DNA of 64,000 bases, from NCBI GenBank assembly GCA_964016885.1, contig OZ024743.1:284828001-284892000 (forward strand). Reading direction: 5' to 3'. The translations under genes and the position numbers were made by a program. Source of the stretch: Eledone cirrhosa. Taxonomy: Eukaryota. The notes beneath the pieces were generated by a model, which saw only the letters and a program-made list of their open reading frames with translations, searched no databases and was not told the DNA's origin. Of this stretch, positions 1 to 13,258 are shown in pieces (the first letter of the stretch is position 1; each line of letters opens with the position of its first letter).

Positions 1-46
1 ACATTTTATATCTATCTGCTCTGATTAGAAAGAATTACAGTTAAAA

Positions 47-236
47 TCAGTATATACTCGACTATAAACCAAAGAATATGTGACCAAAAAATCAATGGTA
101 AAATGGTGGGGTCAGCTTATATTCACCATCTAAACATAATAATTAGCCACCTTGACTAATAAACGAAGTTTGGATTTTTGCCTATTTCTCCAACATAAAA
201 TACGGGTGGGGGTATTATATTTGAGTATATTCGGTA
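47..236. mobile_element. Tc1/mariner-pogo-type MITE remnant
   Basis: Imperfect terminal inverted repeats CAGTATATACTCGA ... TTGAGTATATTCGGTA; a related sequence (AAGCCAAAGAATATATGACAAAAAAATCGATGGTAAAATAGGGGCCAGCTTATATT) recurs at about 33795-33860. Confidence 0.5.
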
Positions 237-986
237 GTTTCCTTTCATTTTTTACATATTTCTTCTTTCATTTATTCACATCCAGACACTTTATTTTTAT
301 TTTTGTCATTAATGTAATTATTTCCCTTGTTGTGGGATTAATGATTTTATATCATATTTATATTAGCAAAGTTCCTAACCTAATTAAAGTTTAACTTCTT
401 CAGAAACCCAAACTGTGACAGGTGCAAAACCTTCCCCAACCACACCCAAAGATTTTTTCAGTAGCTGCTTATTCTGTGACAGAAATCAATGTGTCTTTTG
501 TTGTTACAGGAAATACTTATTAAACTTTCCTGTTCAGCCTGTTAAGATCAATAGACAGTCAAACAAGGTTGTTTGTTATCTTACTGCTGCATTTAGTAAC
601 TCTCTTCACATTGATTGTGTGTGTGTGTTTTAAGACTATCCATTTGTCTAAGATAGATGAAGACAAGCATCATCAAATTCAAACGTTAGATTTTGGCTTT
701 GTCACCTTAGCATTCTTTACAACTAGAAGTCAGTGGAAACAAGCAGACTATCATTGTATCAAATGTTTATGAAAGTAAATAAAAAAAATAAAAACATTAA
801 AACAAAAAAAAATACTGTCACCTTTCATGAAAAAAAAAAATCTATAAATATAGTGGATCCTGTTCAGACTTTGAGAATGACAGTTATCAGAGAAAAGAAA
901 ATATGAAAGTCACTCACTCAAGTCATAAGAGATAATAATTATTTAGATGTAAATTTTATGTAAGAATATATTTGCAGCCTTGTTCC

Positions 987-989
<3 letters not shown>

Positions 990-1059
<70 letters not shown>

Positions 1060-1070
1060 CACACACACAC
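990..1070. repeat. (CT)n/(CA)n compound microsatellite
   Basis: Perfect dinucleotide run. Confidence 0.95.
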
Positions 1071-1324
1071 TCCTTCGGCTGCAACGTTTTTCGAAATATT
1101 TACTTCTGCGTTCACAGATTGATTTTTTAGTTTCAGAAGATCCCGTTATGGGTGAAAGCAGCGATTCTTTACTTAAACTTTAATTTGTTATTTTAATATA
1201 TATATCAATCTATTATATAGATATTTCTATATGAAATATATGTATACCATCTCTATCATCATCATCGTTTTTACATCTGCTTTTCCATGCTTGCATGGGT
1301 TGGATGGGTTCTTCTCAGCATGGC

Positions 1325-1970
1325 AATGTGTGTTACATTATCCACTTTTGATCCATACAACCTACATTTGTCATTAATGCTTTACCCATGTAACTTCTTC
1401 ATTGAGTTGGTGTTTGTAAGTTTGGGCTTGATCCTGGGTGGCTAAAAGCTAACCCTCCATATCTCTCTTCATATCTCCCCTTCTCAACCAATCCCTTGAT
1501 CTTTCAGTTTTCAGGTGTCTATTCTGTTCTTCAAATTGGCCATGCAAAGGCATTGGCACTCTCAATTCGTGCTTTTCTTTCTCAACTCTTTTCTTGTAGT
1601 CCTCTTTGCTTTCCAAGAATTCTTTCACTAATTTATTTGTCTTGGCATCATATTTGAGTAGTATCTCATTGCTGTTTGCAATGTAAGAGTCTGGGCCTCT
1701 CCTCTCTGCAATGACGCATTCTTCTACTCCAATCAATCCTCTCCCACCATTCTTTCTTGACTCATACAGCCTCAAAACATTTTCACCCTTACAGACTACC
1801 CCCATCTCTGCCAACATCACCTTGGTCTTTCTGTTGATGTCTTCCAGTTCCTGCTTGGTCCAATTGAGGACCTCCCCACTGTATCTCACTACTGCTACAG
1901 CCCAGCAATTTATAGCTGCCATCAACTTTCATGCATTCAGTTTTGTCTTTACAAGTAATTCTACTCTCCT
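1325..1970 (-). pseudogene. Dong/R4-clade LINE fragment (post-RT region)
   Basis: ORF 1449-1925 AINCWAVAVVRYS..NWT..L..INRKT..LRLYESRKNGGRGL..PLHGQF aligns with AINTLAIPVVTYS..RIYLPRKEGGRGL..PLYGKY of the intact ORF at 52885; a divergent family. Confidence 0.85.
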
Positions 1971-1994
1971 TCTAATTAATATTATTATTATAAT

Positions 1995-2141
1995 CCTGCC
2001 AAGGTTAGTTTTGCCTTTCATCCTTATAGGGTCAATAAAATAAAGTACCAATAATGTACTGGGGTTGATTTAATCAACTTTCCACTCCCCCAAAATTGCT
2101 GACCTTGTGTCTACATCAGAAACCATTATTATTATTATTAT
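1995..2141 (+). mobile_element. 5'-truncated (ATT)n-tailed SINE (family A)
   Basis: Core GCCTTTCATCC..GGGTCAATAAAATAAAGTACCA and tail TTGCTGACCTTGTG..GAAACCATTATTATT shared with many copies in the window. Confidence 0.8.
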
Positions 2142-2497
2142 TTGAAACTTCCTTTGAATTCTGCTTCTTTCCCATATCTTGCCAAGTGTCAACCTAACAC
2201 CTGAAGCAAAATTTGGTACAGTCAATTGTCATACAAATGACACCAGTGCCCCAGTCAGTACTATCTTGAAAGTAAATATTTTCAAATAGACTGATGGTTG
2301 ATAGTTTGTCTATATGAGTGAACCACCAAACAGGGTTCACCTATTAACATCATAAAACTAAAGTATTCTATGAAAATGTATTCCTAATTACCTTGTATCA
2401 AATGATGTATTACCTCTGTTTATATATTGAGGATTCATTCTTTCATAACTACGATTTTATATTGAGGTAATAGTATATATATATGTGTGTATATATA

Positions 2498-2835
2498 TCA
2501 TCATCATCATCATCATCAATGTTTAACGTCCATCTTCCACGCTAGCATGGGTTAGATGGTTTTGTTCCATTTGATGCGGGAATGGTCGGAGACCATGTCT
2601 CGATCGCATGGAAGAATCTCTGGCAGGCTTTTTTACAGCTGGATGCCCTTCCTAACACCAACCACATTTACAGTGTGGACTGTATATATATCATCATCGT
2701 TTAATGTTTATTTTCCCACGCTTGGATTAAATGAGTTGTCACTTTATGGGATAATTCAGGTCAGGTGACCATGTCTTGCTCATACGGATCTTGGTTTCTA
2801 TGCTGGATGCCCTTCTAAAGCCAACTGCAATATAT
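2498..2835 (-). mobile_element. Two short RTE-3'-end-derived elements
   Basis: (CAT)n followed by GTTTAACGTCCATCTTCCACGCTAGCATGGGTT and CAGCTGGATGCCCTTCCTAACACCAACC, matching the RTE 3' UTR at 10131-10300. Confidence 0.75.
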
Positions 2836-3174
2836 TGTGTACTTGTATATACATATGTAATTTGTACTTTCTCTGCAATGGCCTCAGCCAATACACTCAA
2901 GCCAATACAAATTTCAAGAATCTGTTTCATATATCATCATGTTATTGTTGTAGTGGTAGTAGTGGTGGTCATCATTGTCATGATGGAAGAGATGATTATT
3001 TTTTCAAAATGATGCCTGTGGAATTTATCATGTAATGATGTAATTTATATTTTTTTCTATATATTTTTTTTGTCATATTTCTATTCGGTGCCAATTAGTA
3101 ATATGATTATGGTGTAATATGAGTAGTATGGCGATAGTAAAGATGCATAGGAAATTGTTGTTTCAAATATAGAA

Positions 3175-3600
3175 TCATCATCATCATTGTTGTTTAACGT
3201 CTGTTTTTTCTGCTAGCAAAGGTTGGATGAGTCGTCACAGACCAAGTCAATACTTAATCAGAGCCACTGATCTCTCAGATGGGCCAGGAGCTGCACCTCA
3301 CTTATATAATTCCCCCCACTCTAAAGAGTGCATCTTGCATTTTACAGTAGCTGGATGCTTCTCCTCTCACCAACCACATTACAGAGTGTACTCAATGCAT
3401 TTTAGTATGTCACTAACATTAGAGAGGTTGTCATGCCCTTGGCACAATTGAAGAGTCTTCTCGTTCCTTTTGCTGGCATGGTTTCTACAGCTGGATTCCC
3501 TTCCTATCAGCAACCACCTTATAGGGTGTACTGTGTACTGGGTGCATTTTCATAGACCAGCATTCAGGAGTTGTCATGTCTTGACTGAAGTGTCCTCATT
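3175..3600 (-). mobile_element. Older RTE-tail SINE or LINE 3' remnant
   Basis: (CAT)n plus degenerate TGCTAGCA hairpin and two CAGCTGGAT..CAACCAC blocks; related copies at 25300-25590, 26403-26670 and 50943-51250. Confidence 0.6.
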
Positions 3601-4388
3601 CCTTGGGGGGGGGGGGGGGGGGGGTAATTTGCCAAAACAACAAATTATTGATTTTTATAAAACAATAATTCTCTAACTCAGAATATTTCTTCATGAATTT
3701 ATTGTAAAGATTTCTCTTCAGTTTGTCTTTCTACCTGAGCCATTGCCATCCAACATTTCTATATCCACTATAAAGGTGGCTGTACATGAGGACTTTTGGT
3801 ATTTCTGATGACATGACTTACTTAGCATAGTTGTAATTTCATAAGAAGGGTCTCAGTACCTCCAGTTTTGCACTTAGTGAAGAGATTAGTGGAAACAAAT
3901 CTGGGACTTCAGCATGTAAAATGGTGATGATGAGGATAAATAAAACCTTATATTTATGAGTAAGTAGAATAGGCTGTTGTAATGTTCATGTTTTCTAAAA
4001 ACATTTACAATTTAGATGAAATGACATGGTTGCAAACTGAAATCAAACTGGGTGACAGACTTGCCTCATAAGAAATCTACTTCTAGCTCCATTAATTTTA
4101 TACTATAATTACTATTGATAAAATGCTTGGTTTCCATTATTTCTTTAAGCTTCTGAACTAAAGAAAAACTTATTTTCCACCAATGATATTTTACTGAAAT
4201 TTCAAAACTTTTTTTTTTATCAATTGCCAGATTCTGATACATTTTCACTAGAAAGAAAGGATTCATTTATATTGTCTACCAAACTGCTACGATGTTTAAA
4301 CTACCTCATTGGTATATAAATGTTGTCTTCTGTTTTTTTTACCAATCATTTTATAAAGTAAAGAAAACATTTTTTTCTGACCCTTAAT

Positions 4389-4581
4389 CAAACCTGTCAA
4401 CTCTCCCCATCTGATGAAGAGATCTCTCACCCACTTTGGGGTGGGTGAGAAATGTCTTCTCTGGCGAAAATGGGTATAGCTTTATTATGTAAAATCTCCC
4501 CATTTTGCCTCATTTCTCCCCACTGTGGGACACTTTTTTTCATGGTACGCTTTGTTTTGGTTTTTAGAGGTTGGCAGGTCT
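4389..4581. mobile_element. hAT-like MITE with target-site duplication
   Basis: TIRs AAACCTGTCAAC / GTTGGCAGGTCT flanked by the direct repeat CCTTAAT (4382-4388 and 4582-4588); internal hairpin TCTCACCCAC-TTTGGG-GTGGGTGAGA. Confidence 0.65.
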
Positions 4582-5959
4582 CCTTAATAAAAGTACATGT
4601 TTAGAGAGTTTTATTTAAAGAGTATGCTATGTTCATTTTCCCACCAGAGAAGACAGGGTTGTCTGTTGATATGATCTTTAGAAAGTATTTGTTTTTGATT
4701 CACTTCACTTGCCTTATTTTAACACATCCAGTTTTCTGTTAATTATCAACAATCTTCTAGCTATGATTGTTTCTTTTAGCTGGCTCACCCTTCTTTATAT
4801 TCTATACATGTTTGCCATACTAACCTAAGTTAAACAAAAAACATGATTGATCCTTTCATTTTGTCTGCTCGATTGAGATTTTAATAAACTTTTTAATATT
4901 AAATTTTTTATTGGGCGAGGGCTGCTCTTTAATAAAGAATTGAACAGAAGATTAAAGAAAAGGCAAATAATGCATCACTAGTTTGTTTGTTTTTTAATTT
5001 GCAAAGGGTTCATGTGTTGTATTTTTATAGAACAAATAAATAAGCATCATATTTAGGAACTGAGGATAAATTAATCAATATATTCTGCATCTTACTAAGA
5101 GGAAAATATAGAAATAGAAGAGAAATAAGAAAGAAATGAGAAAGTAGAATAGAGAGGAAATAAGGTAGCAGGGAAACAAAGAGAGACTGATTTCATTTAT
5201 GAAAATTAAGGTTAAATTGTCTGTTAAATCCCCCCCCCCCCCCCCCACACACACACAAAATATAGAACAAATTCCAGCACCTATGTAGAATCCAAATCCC
5301 CATTGAGTCATTCCAAACCTAGAAAATTAGTCCATTTATAAGAGTTAAAATGGAGTTTATCTTAATGCTGAAATTTCAGTATGATTCAATGAGGGTGCTG
5401 GAATTTGTTTTATATTTTTATACAATAAGGCTAAGATAGGTTGTGTTTAAGCAATGAACAGATACTACTGTTACATTGTGCTGACATAATGTGTGAATTA
5501 TGACAGTAGTTGAGAATAAAAACAATCATGTACTTATAGGTGTTTGAAAAGCTTGCTAAAGTTTGATATTCTAAGATTTGCAAATGATTCTTCAGTTCTT
5601 TTCAAAATTAATTTATTTTATACTTGTATACATATCTTTTTCATTCTCTCTATTAATACTCTGTATACGATCAATGTTTAGTATTGAGTAGACCTTATCA
5701 GCCTTGCTCAAGCTGAGATATTTTATTTCATAAAGAGAAGTCCAATAAGATGTTTAGTAGCAGCCCACAGAATCAGGACTATAGATATAAAATATCAAGA
5801 TTTTAATTGAATTTCAATATTTTGTCAGTATTGTACCCAGAATCATACCAGCTTGTTTATTAAAATTTAGAACTTAAAATCTGTGGTCTTCTTTTTAAAC
5901 GTAATAAGAAGTTTGTTGAGGGAAATTTTACTTCTATATGAATCATGTTGAGAGATTAT

Positions 5960-6243
5960 ATAAAAGTACCTCTGGCTGTCTCAAACTCCAAAGTCTGTCT
6001 CAATCCAGGTTTGTTAGGCCGGTGCTTATCCCAGTTTTGTGGTGTGAAGCAGCTGAGAGTACAAGACTTCTCCCTAGACAGAACGCTAGTCCATCGCAGG
6101 GTTAAAACCCCAGCTGAGTATACTGGAGCAATGTAAAATGAAGTGTTTTGCTCAAGAACACAACACACAATCACACAATCTAACCCACAACATTACTATC
6201 ATAAGTTCAACACTTGGACTTACCACTAGGCCATGTGCCTTCA
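5960..6243 (-). mobile_element. tRNA-headed SINE (family B)
   Basis: Reverse complement begins GAAGGCACATGGCCTAGTGGT (A-box) and contains TTCTTGAGCAAAACACTTCATTTTACATTGCTCCAGT, as in the copy at 19591. Confidence 0.65.
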
Positions 6244-7299
6244 TGTCTCAAACTCCACTCAATAATATTTATAAATATGTGTTCAGTAATTGAACTTTCT
6301 ATTTCTAGGTTAGTAAGCTTCAGTCCTGATGTAGGAATTGGAAGAAAGCAATCCAGAAGATCCCTTGCACTTCTGAAATTTAGTGTTCACTCATCATAAC
6401 TTTCTCCAACACATTACACATATCTGTATCTGCATTTTGTAAATTTATGTATTACAAACAAAACAAAAATTTGGGGGTACATACGTTTGCCACTGTGGGA
6501 AACAGTAGGTAAACGTATAAATAAAAATAAATAATGAAATAATTCACTTTGACTAAAATGATTCATTATATTGCTCACACATAAGCACTTCAAATAAAGC
6601 AGTGATTTCAGAAAAAGTAAAGAAACAAATTTGAGAAATTTATCAATGTAAAAAAAAGAAGTCTTAAGAAAAGTAATTTCATACAAACACTATAAGCATT
6701 CGCTGTTATCTTGAACAGACAACAATTATTTTGTGTGTGTGTGTGTATGTTTGTATGCTCATTTCAACATTCATTCATTCATCTCTTTATCTCACTATTT
6801 AACTGTCATTTTCCTCAGTATGGGTACTTTTTCTTCAACCCATATGTTAATTTTCTTTCTTTCTTGTTAGTCTCACACCCCCTCTATATATATTTTGTCA
6901 AGTTTGACACAGGACCAACCAACCAACACATGAGTTATTATATTTAGAGATAAGTAACTTGTGGAGAACACTTCAGAAGATTAAATAACTAAGAAAACTG
7001 GTGCAGTAACAAAACTGAAAAAAAAAGGTTGATGCACAAATACCAATTGATAGTCATTGTTGTTATAGTTTTGTTTTGATATTGTAACAAAAAAGAACTA
7101 TACAAATAGTTTAATCTGTTCCCTCATTATTTGGAGTTCAACTCTCAACGGGAACTGTTTTTGTTCAAATAACTACCAATACCAGTACTAACTTTATTGT
7201 ATTATTGGTCCAGATTGGTGTCGATTTGATTAACAGTCACTTGCTCTTTCAACTAGAAGGTCCTAATCCTTAGTCAAAAGAGTTTATTATTAGGGCTAT

Positions 7300-7476
7300 A
7301 GAGGGTGATGAATTGACATTTATTTACAGCCCTTTTTACATTCTGAGTTCAAATCCTACTGAGGTTAACTTTGCTTTTCATCTTTCCAGGATAAAATAAA
7401 GTACTGGGGTCAATATAATCGACTTTGCTTCCTTCCACCAACTACTGCCCTTGTGTGTAAATTAGAAATCATTATC
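7300..7476 (+). mobile_element. SINE family A
   Basis: CTGAGTTCAAATCC B-box followed by GAGGTTAACTTTGC..TTCATC core. Confidence 0.7.
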
Positions 7477-7672
7477 AAGGCTAAGGAATTGATAAAAATA
7501 CTTGGGATCCAATTTAAATATTTGAAAAAAAACCCATAAATATAGCAGCCATGTCTGTTAAAAAAGCATTTTAACAGTGCTAAATACACATTGCCCAGAC
7601 TTGTGCCTCAGAGGTGCAAATGCCATCGTCATTCATGAATTGATGAAAGAAAGGGGTCTTTACCCTTTACTC

Positions 7673-7703
<31 letters not shown>

Positions 7704-7705
<2 letters not shown>

Positions 7706-7935
7706 ACTCCTAATGGAGTTGTAGGGGTGCTGTAGTAACATAGTGTTTCTTGGGCATTTTAAAAACCTGGCAGAGCTCATTTCTCTCCAGGTCTGAACAC
7801 AACCAATTTCTTCCAGTAAAAGAGAAAAAGTGATTGAGTGGAAGTGAGAAAGAGATATAGAGGAAAAATCGACACCAGTACTAGACTGGTACTTTTTTTT
7901 ATCAATCTCGAAAGATGAAAGGCAAAATTTCAATG
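7704..7935 (-). mobile_element. SINE with family A core and a different tail (family C)
   Basis: Core followed by TTCAGACCTGGAGAGA..CTCTGCCAGGTTTTTAAAATGCC; second copy on + at 38124-38340. Confidence 0.6.
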
Positions 7936-9087
7936 AAAGTCATTAATAAAACCATCAGTAACTTACATATTAAACATGTAATATTTATTATGCACAGGTA
8001 TAGCTTTGTGGGTAAGAGATTTGCTTTACAATCATATTGTTTCACATTCAATCTCATTACATGGCACCTTGGCTAAGTTTCTTATGCTATAACCTCGAGT
8101 TGATCAAAGACTTGTGAATGGAATTTGGTAGAGAGGAAAGGGCACTGAAGAGCTCTAGTATTTCACATCAAGACAAGAGCTAGTTCCAGTTGAAATATTG
8201 GTTCAATTTATTTTTCACTAACCTTGTATTAATAAATAGCTTTCATCACCTTCCTATTAATTTACTGGACTGGCAAAATACTTTCAATAAATTACAAGAA
8301 CCTTTGTTAAAATTCCACTATGGTCAGTGTTATCAGCCTCTCCCATTACTAAAATAATACCAATAAGACAATGATATTGAGCCAATTAGTTATTACCTAC
8401 CCTCTTTACAAAAATGTACTAAAACAAATGAAAAATGAAAAAAGACTACTTTATTTATATTATGAGTGCCATATCTGGTGGTAGTGAAGGTTGTCTCAAT
8501 CTATTGGCATCATCCATGAAATAAACCAGTTCTGAATGCACTTTTGATAACGAAACATTGCTAAAATATGCTAACCATTTTATATTGGAATAAATAACAT
8601 ATATGAGGCTGACTAAAAAATTCCAATGCTACTCTACTCATAGTAGTTGTAGATATGAAAGTGGGTGAATTGAAAATAGTCAAGTTAAGAGGGGAAATAG
8701 ATAACTGAGGAGTCAGCAGTATCTTGTCACCAGTATTGTGGGCTCTACTTTGCTTCACAGACCTTTCTTCTATTCAGGAGAAGTTTTATCTCTTATCTGT
8801 TTAAGCTTACTGAACTCTTGTTATTCAAAAAGGAATAGCTTTAGGTTTGAAAAGTGAGAAAGTTAATATTTTATGTGTGTTATGTCCCTATCTATATAGG
8901 AGTATAAGACAACTTTCGTAAAAGAATATTTTTTCTGATTTCTTTTTATAAATTTATTTTACATGTAATTTACAGCTATATATTTTCTTTTATAATTTTA
9001 TTTTTAATGGGGCTAATAATTTAAAATAGACAGAAAATGCACATACATATATATTCATTCTGTCTAAAATTACACACACACACACAC

Positions 9088-9285
9088 TTGGAGGTTAAAT
9101 GATGATGGTAGGGGTCGAAGCTGCCAAAGTCCATCTCAATAGCTGATGACTATGGAGTTCTGTGTCCTTCGTTTGTATTTTTATTATTAAAAAATAATTT
9201 TAAGGTTTCCCCTTAAAAAACTTGTTTTTTGTTTTGCCTTGTTTTCGTTCATTGTTTGTCTTCTCTTGTTAATTTTCTTAGTTTA
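9088..9285 (+). mobile_element. Penelope-like pseudo-LTR remnant with degenerate hammerhead-like motif
   Basis: ATGATGA..GAAGCT-GCCAA-AGTC is a mutated CTGATGA/GAAAC/GTC arrangement, followed by a T-rich tail and (TA)n. Confidence 0.35.
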
Positions 9286-9307
9286 TATATATATATATAT
9301 ATATATA

Positions 9308-9970
9308 GTATTAGTATTGGTGCTCTGAAATAGCGATGTATATGTGAATGTATGTATAGTATATTTGGCAATATACTGTATGTTTAATTAAACACATTTA
9401 GAAGACCATTCGCTGTGAGTTTTAAAGCAGTGACTATGTCACTTACTTATTCTCGGCAAAAACAACAGTGAGCGGCCAACAGACAGTCTGTTTCTCGCTT
9501 GTGAGCGTTTATCAAGACCACACACTCAGTTGCCTTTGCCGAGAATTATAGAGACTGGATTCTTATAGAATTCCAGTAATAATCAGGAGCTGATTACACA
9601 GAGCGATTGCCGGTCCAGCAAAAATTAGGTATTAGTATTGATGTTCGGAAATAGTGATGTATATATGAATATATGTATAGTATATCTGGCATGGACCGGC
9701 AATCGCTCTGTTTAATCAGCTCCTGATTATTACTGGGATTCTATAAGAAACCAGCCTCTATAATTCTCGGCAAAGGCAACTGAGTGTGTGGTCTTGATAA
9801 ACGCTCGCAAGCGAGAAACAGACTGTCTGTTGGCTGCTCTCTGTTGTTTTTGCTGAGAATAAGTAAGTGACATAGTCACTACTTTAAAACTCATAGCGAA
9901 TGGTCTTCTGAATGTTTTTAATTAAACATACAGTATATTGCCAAATATACTATGTATACATTCATGTATA
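9308..9970. repeat. Long fold-back inverted repeat with partial tandem unit (Penelope-like pLTR structure)
   Basis: Arms of about 280 bp at 9339-9617 and 9692-9970 are near-perfect reverse complements; spacer 9629-9691 directly repeats 9308-9370; flanked by (TA)n. Confidence 0.9.
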
Positions 9971-10130
9971 TATATATATTATGGCTAAGCACTGAAATTT
10001 CACTTGGGCATTTGCAAGATTGTCAGACAAGAACACTCTAGTCACCTGGAGTTCAATCACACACTCATTTAGTCTTGTCTGATGATTCTGGCAGTAACAA
10101 AGCTCACTACTGAGACATAATAAATGAATA

Positions 10131-12360
10131 TCATCATCATCATCTTCGTTTAACGTCCATCTTCCACGCTAGCATGGGTTAGACGGGAGTTGTCCTACTT
10201 GAGGCAAGAATGGTTGGGTGACCGTGTCTCGCTCGTATAGGACTATCTGGCAGGTTTTCTACGGCTGCATGCCAACACCAACCACATTTACAGTGTGGAC
10301 TGGGAGGTTTTTACCGTGTTACCTACACGGCCACATTACAGTGTGGACTGTGTGCTTCTTTTTTGTCATGACACCTACACAATCTCGATCTCATTATCTA
10401 ATTTATTTGGACTGAGTGTTGTGGTACCAACTTTACAGAGAGAGGGTGGTGTTGATGGGAGTGGGAGGATAGGGTAGGGGTAGTGGGTTAGGGTGTATAT
10501 TTGGTTAAGAGGTGCCTACTGACTGTAGGTTTTGCTTTGTACATAGGCAAAGCGGGTCTTCTGTATTACTGCATAACACCAAAGATCTCGGTGACATTGT
10601 CTTAGAGAGGTGCAAGTGTGTAAGGTCAGAATTTATCAAATCGTCCCAGGGTTTTCTGGGTCTACCTACTCCGTAACTTCCATCAATTTTGAGCCCCCTG
10701 CACTTTTTATACAGCTGTCATCTTTCATGCGCATCACATGACCATACCAACGTAGTCTTCTCTCAAGTAACATCATCTGATCCCTCTTATTCCTAATTTC
10801 TCACTTAGTTCATTTATGCTTTGCCGTTCATGTATATTACTATTACACATCCAACGGAGCATGCAAGCTTCATTCCTTTCCAGTCTGCACAGGTCCTCTG
10901 CACGCAATGTCCATGTCTCACTGCCATGTAACATTGCTCTTCATACACAGGCATCATACAATCTGCCTTTCATTTTTAGAGAGAAACCTTTTGTGGCCAA
11001 TAGCGGTATAAGCTCTCTGAACTTTTTCCATCCTGTTCTGACTCTGGCTACTGTACTTTCAGAGGACCTCCACCACTGCTGATTTTGTCACCCAGGTAAC
11101 GGAAAGTGTCCACTATTTCTATAGAACCATCTGGGCAATAGAAGGAGCTAGTATCCTGTGGGCAATTGCTACTTATTGCACCTGAGCATCGGCCACATAT
11201 TTCCTACACACTGAGCATGGCCATTTCCCTGAGGGCACCTGTGCCCTATTTTCCTTTCTACAAACTAGAACTCTAGTCTTAGACAAGTTAATTTTAAGGC
11301 CTTTTGATTCTAGGCCATGCTTCCATGTTTGGAATTTCTTCTCTAGTTCAGCCATAGATTCAGCTATGAGAGTTAGATCATCTGCATATAGGAGTTCCCA
11401 TGGGCAGTCGGTCTTAAACTCCTCTGTTATAGCCTGAAAGGCAATAATAAATAGGAGGGGGCGAAGGACAGAGCCTTGATGAACACCAACTTTTACACTA
11501 AATTCTTCACTATATTCATTGTTAATTCTAACCTTACTGACTGTTTCTTTATACATGGCTTGTATAGCTCTCACAAGCCATTCATCTACACCTAGTTTTC
11601 TAAGAGCCCACCAGATAATGGAGCGGGGGACTCTGTCAAAGGTGTTCTCCAGGTCTACAAAAGCTAAGTATAGTGGTTTACTTTTAGTTAGGTACTTCTC
11701 CTGTAGTTGTCGTACAAGGAAAAGAGCATCTGTGGTACTTTTACCAGACACAAACCCAAACTGCATTTCATCTAAATCAATTCGCTCTCTGATTAGTTGC
11801 GCTATAACTCTTTCTGTGACCTTCATGACCTGGTCAACAAACTTAATGCCTCTATAGTTTCCCCTATCTAGAGCATCCCCTTTACCCTTGTAGCAGTTAA
11901 TGATGCTGCTGCTACGCCAGTCTTTTGGTATAACCCCATTCTGTATTACTTGGTTTACTATACGGGTGACCATAGTATGTCCCACCATTCCAGATGCCTT
12001 CAACATCTCAGCAACTATCTCCGAAGGCCCAGCTGCCTTGCCTGTCTTCATATCTTTGATTGCCTTACTTATTATACTACATTTAACTTACACCGCTGGT
12101 CCTTCTATTGGATCGATTTGGGGCAGACTATCTCTCTCCAATTTATTCTCCTCATTTAATAGTCTCTAGTAGTGACACTTCCACAGTGAGGGCAAGTACA
12201 GCGTTATCATTACGGACACACTTCTCCACGACAATATCACGGTTTTCCTTGACACATTGTCTAGTAATCCTGAACACATCACGTTTTTGGTCCTCACGTT
12301 GTAGAACATGCTTGAAACTGCTATCCTCTGCTTCCCTTTTTGCAAGGTATACTTGTCTAT
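10131..12360 (-). mobile_element. 5'-truncated RTE-clade LINE
   Basis: RT motifs KAAGP, NYRGI, QFGF, FVDLE.TFD, GVHQGSVL.PLLF, LLYADD; C-terminal RRLRWYGHV region; 3' UTR ending in (GAT)n at 10131-10145. Confidence 0.93.
11173..12051 (-). pseudogene. RTE reverse transcriptase, frameshifted by an internal deletion
   Basis: 292-aa ORF with YADD; frame changes after GKWPCSVCRK and resumes ICGRCSG..FRYLG. Confidence 0.88.
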
Positions 12361-12943
12361 ATCTAAACTCTATTTCAGTATTGAGTACATTTTCTCAAGG
12401 TCATCAACAACACATCTATATATATAATAATAAAAAAAAACTATAAAGTTCCGTTTACATGCTTATGTTTTTATTAAGTATCAATGTTTCGCAGATGATT
12501 GGAAGCTATGAACTTGACTACGTGGATTGAATAAATTAAGGCAATACCCTCAGTATGGCTGTAGTCTAATGACTAAAACCAGTAAAAGAATATATATATA
12601 TATATCAAATGCTTAGAGGACCCTCTAGAAATAGTTGATAACTGACAATACTAAAGTAACCTGAATAGCAATGGAAGTGGGTATTCCAAAAACATAATGA
12701 CCATAGTAGGTTCTGGATGGAAACAGTTCTGAGAACTGTTACTTTTGCTAGCAACTGAAGAAGTAATCTCTCTTTACACTAAGGGCAGATTGCATGATAC
12801 ATGTGTATCAAGTGTGATACTGCTTCATGGCAAAACGTAGATATCAAATGCAGTAGATGTATGAACACTGGAAAAAATGTGGCAAGCATACAGCACTGAA
12901 TGTGTAATGTAAGTATGTATGAAGGATAGAGTACAAATGAAAT

Positions 12944-12980
<37 letters not shown>

Positions 12981-13132
12981 CTACACACATACACACACGC
13001 CTGTATGTAGGTATTATGTATCTATAGATAAATATAATTATTTAATTAATTTTACATCCTTGCTATATGATTCATCATATGTACAGATATGCTTCAATTT
13101 CTATATGCCTTTCTTAATATTATATCTACACC

Positions 13133-13258
13133 CTTTATGATCTGAGTTCAAATCCCACCGAGGTTAACTTTGCCTTTCATCCATACGGAGTCGATAAAAT
13201 AAAGTACCAGTAATGTACTGGGTAATTGCTGGCCTAGTGCCAAAAGTAGAAACAATTA
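13133..13258 (+). mobile_element. SINE family A, short-tail variant
   Basis: B-box and core, then GTACCAGTAATGTACTGGGTAATTGCTGGCC. Confidence 0.8.
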
